Under the pieces are notes generated by a model. The model ran no database searches and had not been told where the DNA came from. It saw only the letters and a list, made by a program, of their open reading frames with translations. Below are positions 36,113 to 45,914 of a DNA stretch of 64,000 nt, piece after piece (position 1 is the first letter of the stretch; each line of letters opens with the position of its first letter). The position numbers were made by a program, and so were the translations under genes. Source of the stretch: a virus; the IMG/VR virus record IMGVR_UViG_3300025083_000017, positions 5,293 through 69,292 of that record. One strand, given 5' to 3'.

Positions 36113-36604
36113 CTATTTATCAATCAGTTTCCATCTATAACTACCAGCTGTCTTCCTTTTACCACTACATGCCATACTTATCATACTGACAGACACACCC
36201 GCAAAATTTGCAGCATCCTGCAAACTATCAAATACTTCTTCGGTATCAAGGTTTATTACTGATTTGGCCACAGCTTTTGATAGGATTTTTTTCTTCTCTT
36301 CCGAACAGGGGATACCATAACTACCACCGTCTCCACCAAGGGTTGCGTTATACTCTGGTTTAATTTTATCAATCCAATATACCTCCCTAGTACCCTGGTC
36401 TTCTTTACTACACTCCTCTAATATACTCCACTCAAACATATCTCTACCATACTTGATAAGTGCATTAGGGAAAGGGTGGTTATATCCTTTATTATTTGCA
36501 TACCACCAGTGTGTGCTTTCTCTCTGTCTCAAACGTTTATAAGTGGTGCGACCAATATAGGATTTACCATTCTTTTTATTAACGGCCTGGTAAATATATG
36601 CCAT
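36113..36604 (-). mobile_element. Free-standing GIY-YIG homing endonuclease (Seg-like) with C-terminal HTH/NUMOD-type domain
   Basis: YIY..YIG.T, R..E..H, E..WI..PEYN, FDSLQDAA..ISMACSGKRKTAGSYRW; own TATAAATA at 36627-36634. Confidence 0.88.
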
Positions 36605-36645
36605 GATTATTTTTAGCTTCTTAACTTATTTATAAGAGTATGCAT

Positions 36646-36673
36646 AAAAAAAAGACCCCCCGAAGGAGGTCTT
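36646..36673 (-). terminator. gp23 terminator with cUUCGg tetraloop
   Basis: AAGACCTC-CTTCGG-GGGGTCTT followed by a T-run. Confidence 0.9.
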
Positions 36674-36694
36674 GATAATCAATGAGGCTAGAGC

Positions 36695-38119
36695 CTACAT
36701 CAAATTTTTGACAGCAACTCTTCTGTAGTAACGGTTGGAGTTGATGCGGAGTCTGCCAAGACCCTGAGTTGTACCTTCGGCAAAGGGGTTCGCTACGAGT
36801 CCGTAACGAGTCTTGAAGCCGATTTTGGGTTGGAAGGTGTTCTCTCCAACTGCACGAACCATCTGAAGAGGAACGTATGGGCAGTAGAACAAGCCAGCGT
36901 CATAAGGTGAAGAACCCTTATAACCAACGACGTAGTACTGATTACCACCAGCCGCGTTAGCAGAGGTCAGGTTAGCAGAATATGGGTCGATGTATACACG
37001 GAACTTACCGTTGATCGTACCAGCGAATGTGTTACCCGTGTCATCGACATTCAGGTTTGCATTCAGTGCTGGGGTGTAATCAAGGATACCAGCCATGGTC
37101 AGTGCGGAAGCAACGTCTGCGGAACACAGAACCATGTTGCCCTTTCCTCTACGAGTTCTTTGAGCAATCGCGTTAGCGTCTCTCTCGATTTGGAACAGAA
37201 GTCCTTTGAACTTCTCAACGGACCAACGACCATTGGAGTCAACGTCCAGGTCGAAGATACCAGCAGTTGCGGTGTTAGAAACAGCGCCTTGCTCAGCAAC
37301 TTTGTAGATGGTACGGATAACTTCTCTGTTGATTTCCGCAAGGATTTCAGTAGAGAGGATGTTAGCCAGTTCGGCTTCAGCGTTAAGACCGTGAATAGCC
37401 TTAAGGTCTTGTGCCAGTTCCAAGCTGTACTCTGCTTTCAGAGCTCTAGACTTGGCGGTTACGGTGACTTTCTCGATCGAGAAGGCCATCTGATTGAACT
37501 GATCGCCAGTACCTGCTCCCAGGTTCTCAGCGTCACCAGTCTGCATTCCTTCACCAACGTTATATGGTGAGGGGTTCGTGGTTGCGGTACCAACGGGGTT
37601 CAGAACTGAAGGGTTAGGACCATTCTGTGAGGTAGTACCAAGACCAACAGGGCCATCGGCGAAACCACCTTCAAGATTGAATCCATCATCCTGACCAGCG
37701 AATGCTGTATTAGCTTCGTTGAACAGTGCTTCGTCGCCAGACTGATTCTCATAACGTGAACGCATCGCGAAGATGAGTCCAGTAGGTCCGTTCATTGGTT
37801 GAACGCCAGCCAGGTCATATGCGACCAGGTTAGGCATTGCACGTCTGATCAAGGAGATCAGTACGGGGTCGAAACCAGCAACAGGGCCGGATGCGGGGGC
37901 AGAACCACTGAAACCAGCAGGGTTACTACCTGCAGAGTTAGTGGGGGATTCCATCAGGTTGATACCCTGACTGAATGCTGCTTCCTCACGGAGGAATTTT
38001 TCTTGGTTCTCGAGCAGGACTGCGGTTACGCTTCTACGGTGTGAATCCTTGATTGGATCAAGGCCTTCATAGTCGAGAAGTGGACTCCACTTTTCCTGCA
38101 GATGTTCAGATTGAAACAT
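36695..38119 (-). CDS. gp23: Major capsid protein gp23
   Basis: GVQPMNGPTGLIFAMR, SRALKAEYSLELAQDLKAIHG, FQPKIGFKTRYG. Confidence 0.99.
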   Translation of the reverse strand: MFQSEHLQEKWSPLLDYEGLDPIKDSHRRSVTAVLLENQEKFLREEAAFSQGINLMESPTNSAGSNPAGFSGSAPASGPVAGFDPVLISLIRRAMPNLVAYDLAGVQPMNGPTGLIFAMRSRYENQSGDEALFNEANTAFAGQDDGFNLEGGFADGPVGLGTTSQNGPNPSVLNPVGTATTNPSPYNVGEGMQTGDAENLGAGTGDQFNQMAFSIEKVTVTAKSRALKAEYSLELAQDLKAIHGLNAEAELANILSTEILAEINREVIRTIYKVAEQGAVSNTATAGIFDLDVDSNGRWSVEKFKGLLFQIERDANAIAQRTRRGKGNMVLCSADVASALTMAGILDYTPALNANLNVDDTGNTFAGTINGKFRVYIDPYSANLTSANAAGGNQYYVVGYKGSSPYDAGLFYCPYVPLQMVRAVGENTFQPKIGFKTRYGLVANPFAEGTTQGLGRLRINSNRYYRRVAVKNLM

Positions 38120-38162
38120 TTGCTTTACCTAATAGTTTGTTTTGTTTGAATGAATGTTAAAT

Positions 38163-39212
38163 TCAGCTTTTGAACGCACCCAGTGTTCTGAGATATGCAT
38201 CCATGGATCCTGCAACAGGAGCAGGGGTACTATCCACACCCTCGGAAAGGGTTTGGGGAGCGTCAGATTTTGTAGTTGGAGTTCTGGAGAAGTATGACTC
38301 CTTCAGGGTTTCCAGCTTTTCACGATATTCTTCTTCACTTTCAAACTCAATACTTTCAGCGAGTGAAGCGAGCTTCTCTTTCTGTGTAGCGGCAAGGCCT
38401 TCAGAAACGTTATCAAGAATATTGTCAGAAACTGACTCGGCAAGACGCTTGTTCAAGCCGATATTCTTATCAATTTGCTCGTTGAGTTTTGTCTCCATAT
38501 CATCAAGTTTGTCTACCATGCTCTCAAGAACATCATATTTTTCTTCAGGGATAGTTACATAATGCTCTTCAAATAGACCCTTCATTCCAGAGAGGAAGGA
38601 TTCTGTCATTTCGGTCTTGAGACCATGTTCGATTGCCAACTCATTCTCAGTCATCCACTCTTGGCAGATATACTCAAGATACGAGTCAACTCTTTCAGTA
38701 AGAGATTCCTTAAGGGTTTCTCTTTCTTCGTCCAGTCTGGCTTCAAACTGAACTTCCAGGGTTTCCTGGATTTCTTTGATTTTAGAGGTTAATGCGGCTT
38801 CAAAGATGACCTTAGCCTTTTCTTTGAATTCTTCGGAGAGCTCTTCGCCACCGAGAAGTGCGTTTACATCTTCTTCAATGTCGATGCCTTCGTCTTCAGA
38901 AACAATCTCTTCTTCTTCAAGAACTTCTTCTTCTGCAGATTCGATTTCTTCTTTAGCCATTGATTTCATTGCATCAGCCTTAGCAGCTTTTGAATTTACT
39001 ACATCGTTAACTGTTTTGATCTTAGGCTCATTGAGCTTTGCAGAATCATCGTCAGCTCTGTAGTTTTCTGGTGTTGGACCGCCAAGATCCTCGTAAGAAG
39101 GTGAAAGACCTTCGCCGGGATTTGATAGCTTCTGCATTGGTTCAGCAGATTGAGCGTTGGCGTTCACAGCAGTTTTAGATTGCTCCATTTCTTGTAAATC
39201 TCCACGAGACAT
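38163..39212 (-). CDS. gp22: Prohead core scaffold gp22
   Basis: ELSEEFKEKAKVIFEAA, VDSYLEY, GMKGLFEEHY; TATAAATA at 39250-39257. Confidence 0.95.
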   Translation of the reverse strand: MSRGDLQEMEQSKTAVNANAQSAEPMQKLSNPGEGLSPSYEDLGGPTPENYRADDDSAKLNEPKIKTVNDVVNSKAAKADAMKSMAKEEIESAEEEVLEEEEIVSEDEGIDIEEDVNALLGGEELSEEFKEKAKVIFEAALTSKIKEIQETLEVQFEARLDEERETLKESLTERVDSYLEYICQEWMTENELAIEHGLKTEMTESFLSGMKGLFEEHYVTIPEEKYDVLESMVDKLDDMETKLNEQIDKNIGLNKRLAESVSDNILDNVSEGLAATQKEKLASLAESIEFESEEEYREKLETLKESYFSRTPTTKSDAPQTLSEGVDSTPAPVAGSMDAYLRTLGAFKS

Positions 39213-39278
39213 TTGAGGGTACTCCGATTAACCTTTTTTAATCTATATTTATTTATAATTTGTTTATTTCAATACCTT

Positions 39279-39929
39279 TTAAAGATTATTCAAAAAGTTG
39301 TTGAAAAGGTCGAGCTTTTGCTCGTCAAGTTGCTTAGTAGTTACAAGTGTGTTAATATGCTTGTAAGTTTTGGCGGCTTGTTGTTCTCTAAGAATACCAC
39401 CATCCCAGATCCACTCTTTACCTTCCATGATACCTTCAACGAAAGCATCAGGTGCAGAAGGGTCTGCAACAATATCAGCAGCAGTGGCCAACATAAAGTC
39501 AGAACCAACAACGTTGATACCATCTCTAGTTTTGGTCAGTGATCCAATGCCTCTAGAAGAAACTCCCAGTTTGACACCTTCACCAATAAGTGATTGTGCA
39601 ATCTGACCCATTGGGGTTGAGAGGATTTTTGCCTTACCAATGAAGTTTGTTCCACTTTCTTTGAGTGAAACAATTTTGTGACTGACACGATCCAAGTTGA
39701 CTGTTGGACCATCAGGATGACCCAATTCACCAAGGGCCCTACCACACTCAATATGGTTTTCTGAGTATCGTTGGACTTCCTTTCTCAGGCCCTCCATTTG
39801 ATACATTCTTCCATTACGATTGCAGATGTCTCCTTGAAGGAAGATACCTTCAATGAACATACTTTTTTTACCGTTCTTTTCTTCAACGATAAAATCAACT
39901 GTTTCGATTTCTTCTCTAATAAGTTGCAT
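39279..39929 (-). CDS. gp21: Prohead protease gp21
   Basis: NRNGRMY, GELGHP, GVSSRG, DIVADPSAPDA. Confidence 0.97.
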   Translation of the reverse strand: MQLIREEIETVDFIVEEKNGKKSMFIEGIFLQGDICNRNGRMYQMEGLRKEVQRYSENHIECGRALGELGHPDGPTVNLDRVSHKIVSLKESGTNFIGKAKILSTPMGQIAQSLIGEGVKLGVSSRGIGSLTKTRDGINVVGSDFMLATAADIVADPSAPDAFVEGIMEGKEWIWDGGILREQQAAKTYKHINTLVTTKQLDEQKLDLFNNFLNNL

Positions 39930-39934
39930 TGTTC

Positions 39935-40483
39935 TCAGGATCTTTGTACTTGTTGGATGTGAACGGTGCCAGTTCCAGATGCTGTAACTGCAGCAACCTT
40001 AATTGACCTTCTCAATGTTGCATAATTTGGATCAAATGTTCCTACAACGGAGGAAGAATTATAATCAATGACACATCTTGTACCAAAAAATCCACCAATA
40101 TTAGCGGTATTATTGACTGATAGAACGTTTTGATGTGCAAAATCAAATGCTGATTGACCATCAACAGTCAACGATACTGCCTCTCCTACTCCAAAAGGAC
40201 ATCCAGTTCCTTCTGGAAAATCTAGAGTTGTAGTAGTTCCTTTTGTGTATGCAACAACTCTTTGAGATGCTACAGGTCCAAGCGAAATCTCTGCAGTATC
40301 AGTTGTAGTTACAAAGAAGTCTGAAGAAGTTGCAGTTGGGTTATTGCCATATGCAATATGAACCCCTGCATTCAGTGCTACAATTCTAATAGTATCCGAT
40401 TGTTGCGGAATTGCTGATGTTTGAGTAGAAGAAGTACTAGTTGCAAAAGTAGTATTGACTCCTACTGGTCGTGTCGCGCCCAT
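39935..40483 (-). CDS. Conserved putative structural protein
   Basis: 182 aa Thr/Ser-rich beta protein between the prohead core gene and gp21; CTAAATA at 40514-40520. Confidence 0.75.
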   Translation of the reverse strand: MGATRPVGVNTTFATSTSSTQTSAIPQQSDTIRIVALNAGVHIAYGNNPTATSSDFFVTTTDTAEISLGPVASQRVVAYTKGTTTTLDFPEGTGCPFGVGEAVSLTVDGQSAFDFAHQNVLSVNNTANIGGFFGTRCVIDYNSSSVVGTFDPNYATLRRSIKVAAVTASGTGTVHIQQVQRS

Positions 40484-40522
40484 TATTTTAATTACAATAG
40501 TTACTTATAAAGGTATTTAGTA

Positions 40523-40726
40523 TTACTCTTCTTCTGAAGGTCCTGTTTCTACCTCAGATTCAATTTCTTCATCAGAAACTGGCTCATCAAAAATTGATGC
40601 GGCAACGTTTGGTCTGATAGTTTCAATCTGTTCTGCACTCTTTGCAAACAAAATGTCTTTGATTTTATCACTGATTTGTGATGCAGACTCGTCATCTTTG
40701 ACGAGCATGTCCATAAGGTCATCCAT
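40523..40726 (-). CDS. Small acidic prohead core protein (gp67-like position)
   Basis: 67 aa acidic ORF right after the portal gene; CTAAATA at 40752-40758. Confidence 0.75.
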   Translation of the reverse strand: MDDLMDMLVKDDESASQISDKIKDILFAKSAEQIETIRPNVAASIFDEPVSDEEIESEVETGPSEEE

Positions 40727-40754
40727 GTTGATTAATAATTACTTTAAAGTTTAT

Positions 40755-42431
40755 TTAGATTACACCACCGGCTGGATTTTTTGGAGCCGCTGGATCTTTG
40801 GGTATTTCTGGTGACTGAATTGCATCGCCACCACCAGTATCAGGTGGAAGTGCACCACCCATTTCTGGGCCCCCAGCCATTCCAGGATCCATTGCAATTG
40901 CATTAGGATCGGGAATTACACCGTTTTCGATTTCTTTTTCGATCAATTCATCTTGCTCAATAATTTCATCATCAGTCTGACGGAAGATACTTCTTCTTAT
41001 ATAATCAGAAGAGTAATACTTACCAATATATGGTTCCATCAATGTTGCAAGATTAATTCTTTCTGTCAGCAACTCTGCATCTTTTAGTTCTGCAAAGTGA
41101 TTGTCATACATGAAGTCATATTGGATATGATCTGCCATGTACTCCCAATCTTCGGGAGTCACAATATTCTTAAGAAGAAGTTGAGTTCTCAACATGTCGT
41201 TAAACATATCAGAGAATCTCTTTCTCATTCTTCCAACAAACTTGGAGAACTTAACCTCGTCTCTCAAGATTTCAGAAGAACGACCCAGTGACATACCAGA
41301 ACCTTCACCTTCAATTCTGGTTTCAGGAACATTCAATGCCCTATAAAGTTTTCTTTGGAAGTAATTGATATCAGTGATTTCGCCAAGGTTCTGACCACCA
41401 GGAAGTGTAGTAATTTCAGTACCACGACCACCTTCTCTTCTAGGTAACCAGAAGTCTTCCATCATAGACATGAACTTCTTATCATCACGAAGTTCGCCAG
41501 TGTTTGCATCATAGACTAACTTGTTTCTATAACGCATCATGACATCACGCAGATACTGTTCTGCCTTCTGTTTGGGAAGATTACCAACATCAATATAGAA
41601 GATTCTTCTTTCTGGTGCTCTTGATAGTCTGTAGATAACCAAACTATCCTCAATCATCATCAACTGATTGAGTGGTTTGATTGCCTTATGCATCCAGGAC
41701 AATGTAAGTCCTTTGTTTCTATCTACCAGACCAGATGTACAATAGGTAACAGAATCACGAGTCATCTTGACTCCTTTCTGTGGATTACCACCATACCCAG
41801 TACCAGTACGAGCATCTGGAGTGTAGATGAAGAATTCTTCTATCTCTGGAAAATCGTATGAAGTTTCATTGGAATTTGTAAATGCTGTTTGTGATGTTTG
41901 AAGACTATCAGGACCCTTCTTCTTTAACTTACGAACATACCGCATTTTTGCCGAGTCAATGTATCTCAGCTCTTGAATACCATCTTGTGGTTTCTTTTGG
42001 TCAATAACTTTATTATAGTAAAGTCTTCCGTCAATATACCAATTCCTAAAGATTTCGTGTGCCTTCTTATCAAAGTCAAGAAGTTCAAGAATGTATCTAA
42101 ACTCTTCTCTTACCTTTTTCTTGATATTATCACTTGCACTTAGATTGGACAGTTCGATTGATACTGGAGTATCATTTGTATCTGAAACAATTGCTTCGTT
42201 TACAATATCTTCGATCGCACTATCACATTCTGGATAGAGTGCCATCTGACGATATCGTCTGATTAAATCAGTCTCGTTCTTATATACGCCTTCAATATCT
42301 ACGTAGCTACCAAAAAAACCGCTACTGACATAGTTCTCCGATCCATCCTGATTATTGGGTGGAATCGGAGATACTACACCAGGCGGTGTTTTTTCGCCAT
42401 CTTCAATTGAGTAACCAAATAGTCTCGCCAT
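40755..42431 (-). CDS. gp20: Portal protein gp20
   Basis: RAPERRIFYIDVGNLPK, EDFWLPRREGGRGTEITTLPGG. Confidence 0.98.
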   Translation of the reverse strand: MARLFGYSIEDGEKTPPGVVSPIPPNNQDGSENYVSSGFFGSYVDIEGVYKNETDLIRRYRQMALYPECDSAIEDIVNEAIVSDTNDTPVSIELSNLSASDNIKKKVREEFRYILELLDFDKKAHEIFRNWYIDGRLYYNKVIDQKKPQDGIQELRYIDSAKMRYVRKLKKKGPDSLQTSQTAFTNSNETSYDFPEIEEFFIYTPDARTGTGYGGNPQKGVKMTRDSVTYCTSGLVDRNKGLTLSWMHKAIKPLNQLMMIEDSLVIYRLSRAPERRIFYIDVGNLPKQKAEQYLRDVMMRYRNKLVYDANTGELRDDKKFMSMMEDFWLPRREGGRGTEITTLPGGQNLGEITDINYFQRKLYRALNVPETRIEGEGSGMSLGRSSEILRDEVKFSKFVGRMRKRFSDMFNDMLRTQLLLKNIVTPEDWEYMADHIQYDFMYDNHFAELKDAELLTERINLATLMEPYIGKYYSSDYIRRSIFRQTDDEIIEQDELIEKEIENGVIPDPNAIAMDPGMAGGPEMGGALPPDTGGGDAIQSPEIPKDPAAPKNPAGGVI

Positions 42432-42470
42432 TGCAATATATTTACTAGAAGTGTATCTCCTAGTTATTTA

Positions 42471-43103
42471 TCACTCAATCAAAACTTCACCAGCACCACT
42501 ACCAGAAGACTCCAGTGAGTTGCCAATCGTATAGTATTGAACATCGAATGATACAGTAAATTCTTCTAGCGTATCCCCACTATCATATCCGAGTGCAATT
42601 TCACTGATATTCGTTGGGAAAATATCGAAGAACTTATACGTTCTCAGAACTGCGGACTGACCACCACTATTCGTGGTTGAAAATCTTTCAGCACCTCTAC
42701 CGAGTTGCTGAACATATGCGTCAGTCATATACGATGATGGGTTGGTAACACCAGTTGCATCATCAAGTTTGCTGATAACGTTTGCCCATCTCTCGAACGA
42801 TGTTCTGAGTTGAAAGTCTTCATCATTGATGATGGTGACTGTCCATGGGTCAAAGGTTCTGTCTCCAGCAACCTTTAATTGTCTACCTCTAAAAGGTACA
42901 GGAATTGAAGGTGTGTTTGAAGCGGGAAGGGCTGCAGCCTTACAAAGGAACTTAAATGTTCCATTCTCCGACTGGTCACCACTACCCCAGGCATCAGAAA
43001 TTGCTGATGGGAATGATGGAATTGAAACTTCAAATAGATTGGGGCGGGCGCCACCGCCCGCTAATCTAGATTTGAATTGTGATAATGATTTTGTGTCTGC
43101 CAT
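42471..43103 (-). CDS. gp19: Tail tube protein gp19
   Basis: GGGARPNLFEV, AGDRTFDPWTVTI, FPTNISEIAL. Confidence 0.97.
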   Translation of the reverse strand: MADTKSLSQFKSRLAGGGARPNLFEVSIPSFPSAISDAWGSGDQSENGTFKFLCKAAALPASNTPSIPVPFRGRQLKVAGDRTFDPWTVTIINDEDFQLRTSFERWANVISKLDDATGVTNPSSYMTDAYVQQLGRGAERFSTTNSGGQSAVLRTYKFFDIFPTNISEIALGYDSGDTLEEFTVSFDVQYYTIGNSLESSGSGAGEVLIE

Positions 43104-43135
43104 TAGTTGATCCTCCTAGTAGTTATTTAATATAA

Positions 43136-45580
43136 TCAAACAGTACCAATTACTTCTTCGAAGTCAACACCCGTTCTAGTGGCAACGAACGTCAAGGTGA
43201 CGAAGTTGATAGACTTGGTTGGCTTCAGGAAGATATCAGCTCTAAACTCATTGTTGTCAATGACATCTGGAGTGTTGTTGGATTCGTCACAAATAACTCT
43301 GAAATCATAAACACCTCTCTTGGCTTGAACATCTCTCAAATAGGGTTCGACAATGTTAACAAAGTTTGCTCTAGTGTTAGAGTCATTGAGTTCGAACAAC
43401 TGGTCATTTGCAGCTCCCTCAAGAGCTTGTTCTACAGTCAAGAACAATCTTCTTACGTTAATTCTATCGAAGGCCGAAGAATATGCAAGAGCAGTCTTGT
43501 CACCGTAAAGTGCAATACCAGAACCTCTTTGGTTGATGATTGAGTTCACTCTAGCAGAGTAGAGTTCGTCTCTTTGATTCTTAGTTGGGTTGTATGCCAT
43601 CTTAACAGCATTATTCAGAACACCTCTCTGGAGACCAGCAGGGGAGAACCAAGGATATGCATTAAGTGCAGTTCTTACCATCAGACCAGCAATATCACCA
43701 TTGGTTGGGATATAACGGAATGCGTTATTGAATCTATCGAAGGTATACTTATAACCAGTATCAAACACCGCATAAGACGATGATTGTAAAGGTGAATAGA
43801 AACCTAATACGTTTGCGGTTTGTGTATTAGAATCAGTTACATTTACAACATTAGCTCTATGCGGAGAGATAGTCGCAACACAATCTTTCCTCTGTTCCGC
43901 AATAGAAATTAGAAGATTGGCCTTCGCTTGTGATTCATTTTCTACCGCAAGTCCTGGACCCATGATTAGATAATCAACTGCAATCTCATCTTTATTAGAA
44001 AATAGATTGTAACCTTGCAACAGACCTGGGAGGTCAGCTGACATACCCTTATTTGCACTATAGTCAACACCACCAGTTAGTGTGTAACTTACATTTCCTA
44101 GTGATGAGAAATTAGTATTTTGTGCTTCTTGACCCCAAAGGCCTTCGGCAGTGGTATATGGTGTGGTCGCAGTTGAGAAACCAGATGCTGTTGGAATCGT
44201 ATTCCAATAAGTATCTTGTGCATTAGATGGATTAAATCCAGCAAAAGCAAACTTCGAGTTGTTTGCAATGAATTCCTTGTAGTAAGTCCTAGTAGGATTG
44301 TCTCCATCAGCAGTAGCATCAGAAGCCTTGGACAACGATACAAATCTCTCAACAATATTACCTTGAACGCCGGTAACATCTCCACTGTCGTCTACAACCA
44401 CTACGTGGATTGCGTCGTTTGCACCAGATCTTTCAGTTACAAATCTGTTAGATACTGGTCTTGGTGCAATGTTTCTCCAGTAAACTGTAGAGTTATTAAG
44501 ACCAAGAGTTTGTTGATCGTACCAATCAGTGACTGTTGCACTGGTGAATGTCGTAGCCGCAATACCACTGGCTGGAGTAGTAATTAGTGTATCACCATCA
44601 GAGAATGAATTTGCAGAATTGTAGTTCTGATAATCAACAGGAGTCTCAGATCCTGCAATTGATGTCAATGTTTGATATGTAACAGCTGTACCAACCAATG
44701 CAGATTGTGCAATACCTACAGCCAATGTGATTGTAGAAGAGCTAAAACTTACAATACGAACTCCACCTTCGGCACCATCAACTCCGGGATTATTTTGAAT
44801 AACCGCGAGAGTTCCAGTAGTAATACCAGCGGTACTATTAACAGAAATTGTTTCTGTACTAGCAACTCCAATAGTTTTTACCGTAGTAAAACCAATGTTC
44901 TCAGTAGATTGAGTAGTTGGGGTAACTCTTGAAAGTACCTTAACTTCAATCGAACTATTAGCAGCAGTTTGTGCGTCAGTATTAACTCCAGTAATGATAC
45001 CTTTCAGATTACCATTGAACTGAATTAGTGAACCATTGCCAGGGATCGTAGTTCCATCCTTTGCAGTGGATACGCCATAACCAACAACAAATCCTGATGC
45101 ACCTGGATTAGTGGTGGCAATACTGATAATCTGATCTGACAGGTTATCAATCGTACAAACCTTCAGACTATTCGACCATGTACCGGGGTTTCTTGCTGCC
45201 CAGTAGAAACTGGAGTCTGTCTGATGATTCTGCTCATAATCATCCAGGTTGTCAATTCTAACAGTATCCGAAGCTTGTTGAGTTCCGGCATTACCATTAT
45301 TCAGGGTGTCTCCACCGACTCTAACAACTTTTAGAATACCACCGTAGGAGAGGAATGAATTTCCAGACATCCAGTACTCGTACTGTCTATCAGTTCCAAT
45401 TGGCTTACCAAAAGTATCAAGGAATTGTTGCTGTGTCTCAATCGTAATTGGCTCATTTACCGGTCCCAGTGAAAAGGGTCCTGCAATTGCACCAATGTTG
45501 TCAAGAACATTCTCAGCTCTTCCAACAGTTAAGTCAACTTCCCTGACTAAAACTCCTGGAGATAGTTGAGGAGTAGCCAT
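43136..45580 (-). CDS. gp18: Tail sheath protein gp18
   Basis: SPGVLVREVD, PWFSPAG, FDRINVRRLF, CDESNNTP; ATAAATA at 45617-45623. Confidence 0.98.
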   Translation of the reverse strand: MATPQLSPGVLVREVDLTVGRAENVLDNIGAIAGPFSLGPVNEPITIETQQQFLDTFGKPIGTDRQYEYWMSGNSFLSYGGILKVVRVGGDTLNNGNAGTQQASDTVRIDNLDDYEQNHQTDSSFYWAARNPGTWSNSLKVCTIDNLSDQIISIATTNPGASGFVVGYGVSTAKDGTTIPGNGSLIQFNGNLKGIITGVNTDAQTAANSSIEVKVLSRVTPTTQSTENIGFTTVKTIGVASTETISVNSTAGITTGTLAVIQNNPGVDGAEGGVRIVSFSSSTITLAVGIAQSALVGTAVTYQTLTSIAGSETPVDYQNYNSANSFSDGDTLITTPASGIAATTFTSATVTDWYDQQTLGLNNSTVYWRNIAPRPVSNRFVTERSGANDAIHVVVVDDSGDVTGVQGNIVERFVSLSKASDATADGDNPTRTYYKEFIANNSKFAFAGFNPSNAQDTYWNTIPTASGFSTATTPYTTAEGLWGQEAQNTNFSSLGNVSYTLTGGVDYSANKGMSADLPGLLQGYNLFSNKDEIAVDYLIMGPGLAVENESQAKANLLISIAEQRKDCVATISPHRANVVNVTDSNTQTANVLGFYSPLQSSSYAVFDTGYKYTFDRFNNAFRYIPTNGDIAGLMVRTALNAYPWFSPAGLQRGVLNNAVKMAYNPTKNQRDELYSARVNSIINQRGSGIALYGDKTALAYSSAFDRINVRRLFLTVEQALEGAANDQLFELNDSNTRANFVNIVEPYLRDVQAKRGVYDFRVICDESNNTPDVIDNNEFRADIFLKPTKSINFVTLTFVATRTGVDFEEVIGTV

Positions 45581-45662
45581 GTTTTCTCTCTCCTTTGTTA
45601 CTCATTTAACTAAAAATATTTATGAATATCCCGGTTTTGATAGGGTAAACAAGAAGTAAACC

Positions 45663-45914
45663 CTACCAATCAGGATATTCCCATCTTGATTTCGGAGTTC
45701 GGTCTTTCTTTCTCTCTTTTACATACTCAATGAAACACTCCTTACAGACATATGAATATGAAGAAGGAACCGCTCCTCTATCTTTTCTTGTCCTGTAAAA
45801 ATCGTCCACAAGATTTTTGACTTCACCACAACTTTTACATCTTCTATCATTTAACAGTAAATGACCTAGTTCTAGTTGCTCATCAAAGTCCATTAGTAGT
45901 TCCAGAGTTCCCAA
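45663..45914 (-). CDS. Small CxxC...CxxC zinc-finger protein
   Basis: RCKSCGEVK...FY...YVCKEC, ends WEYPDW. Confidence 0.75.
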   Translation of the reverse strand: MGTLELLMDFDEQLELGHLLLNDRRCKSCGEVKNLVDDFYRTRKDRGAVPSSYSYVCKECFIEYVKERKKDRTPKSRWEYPDW

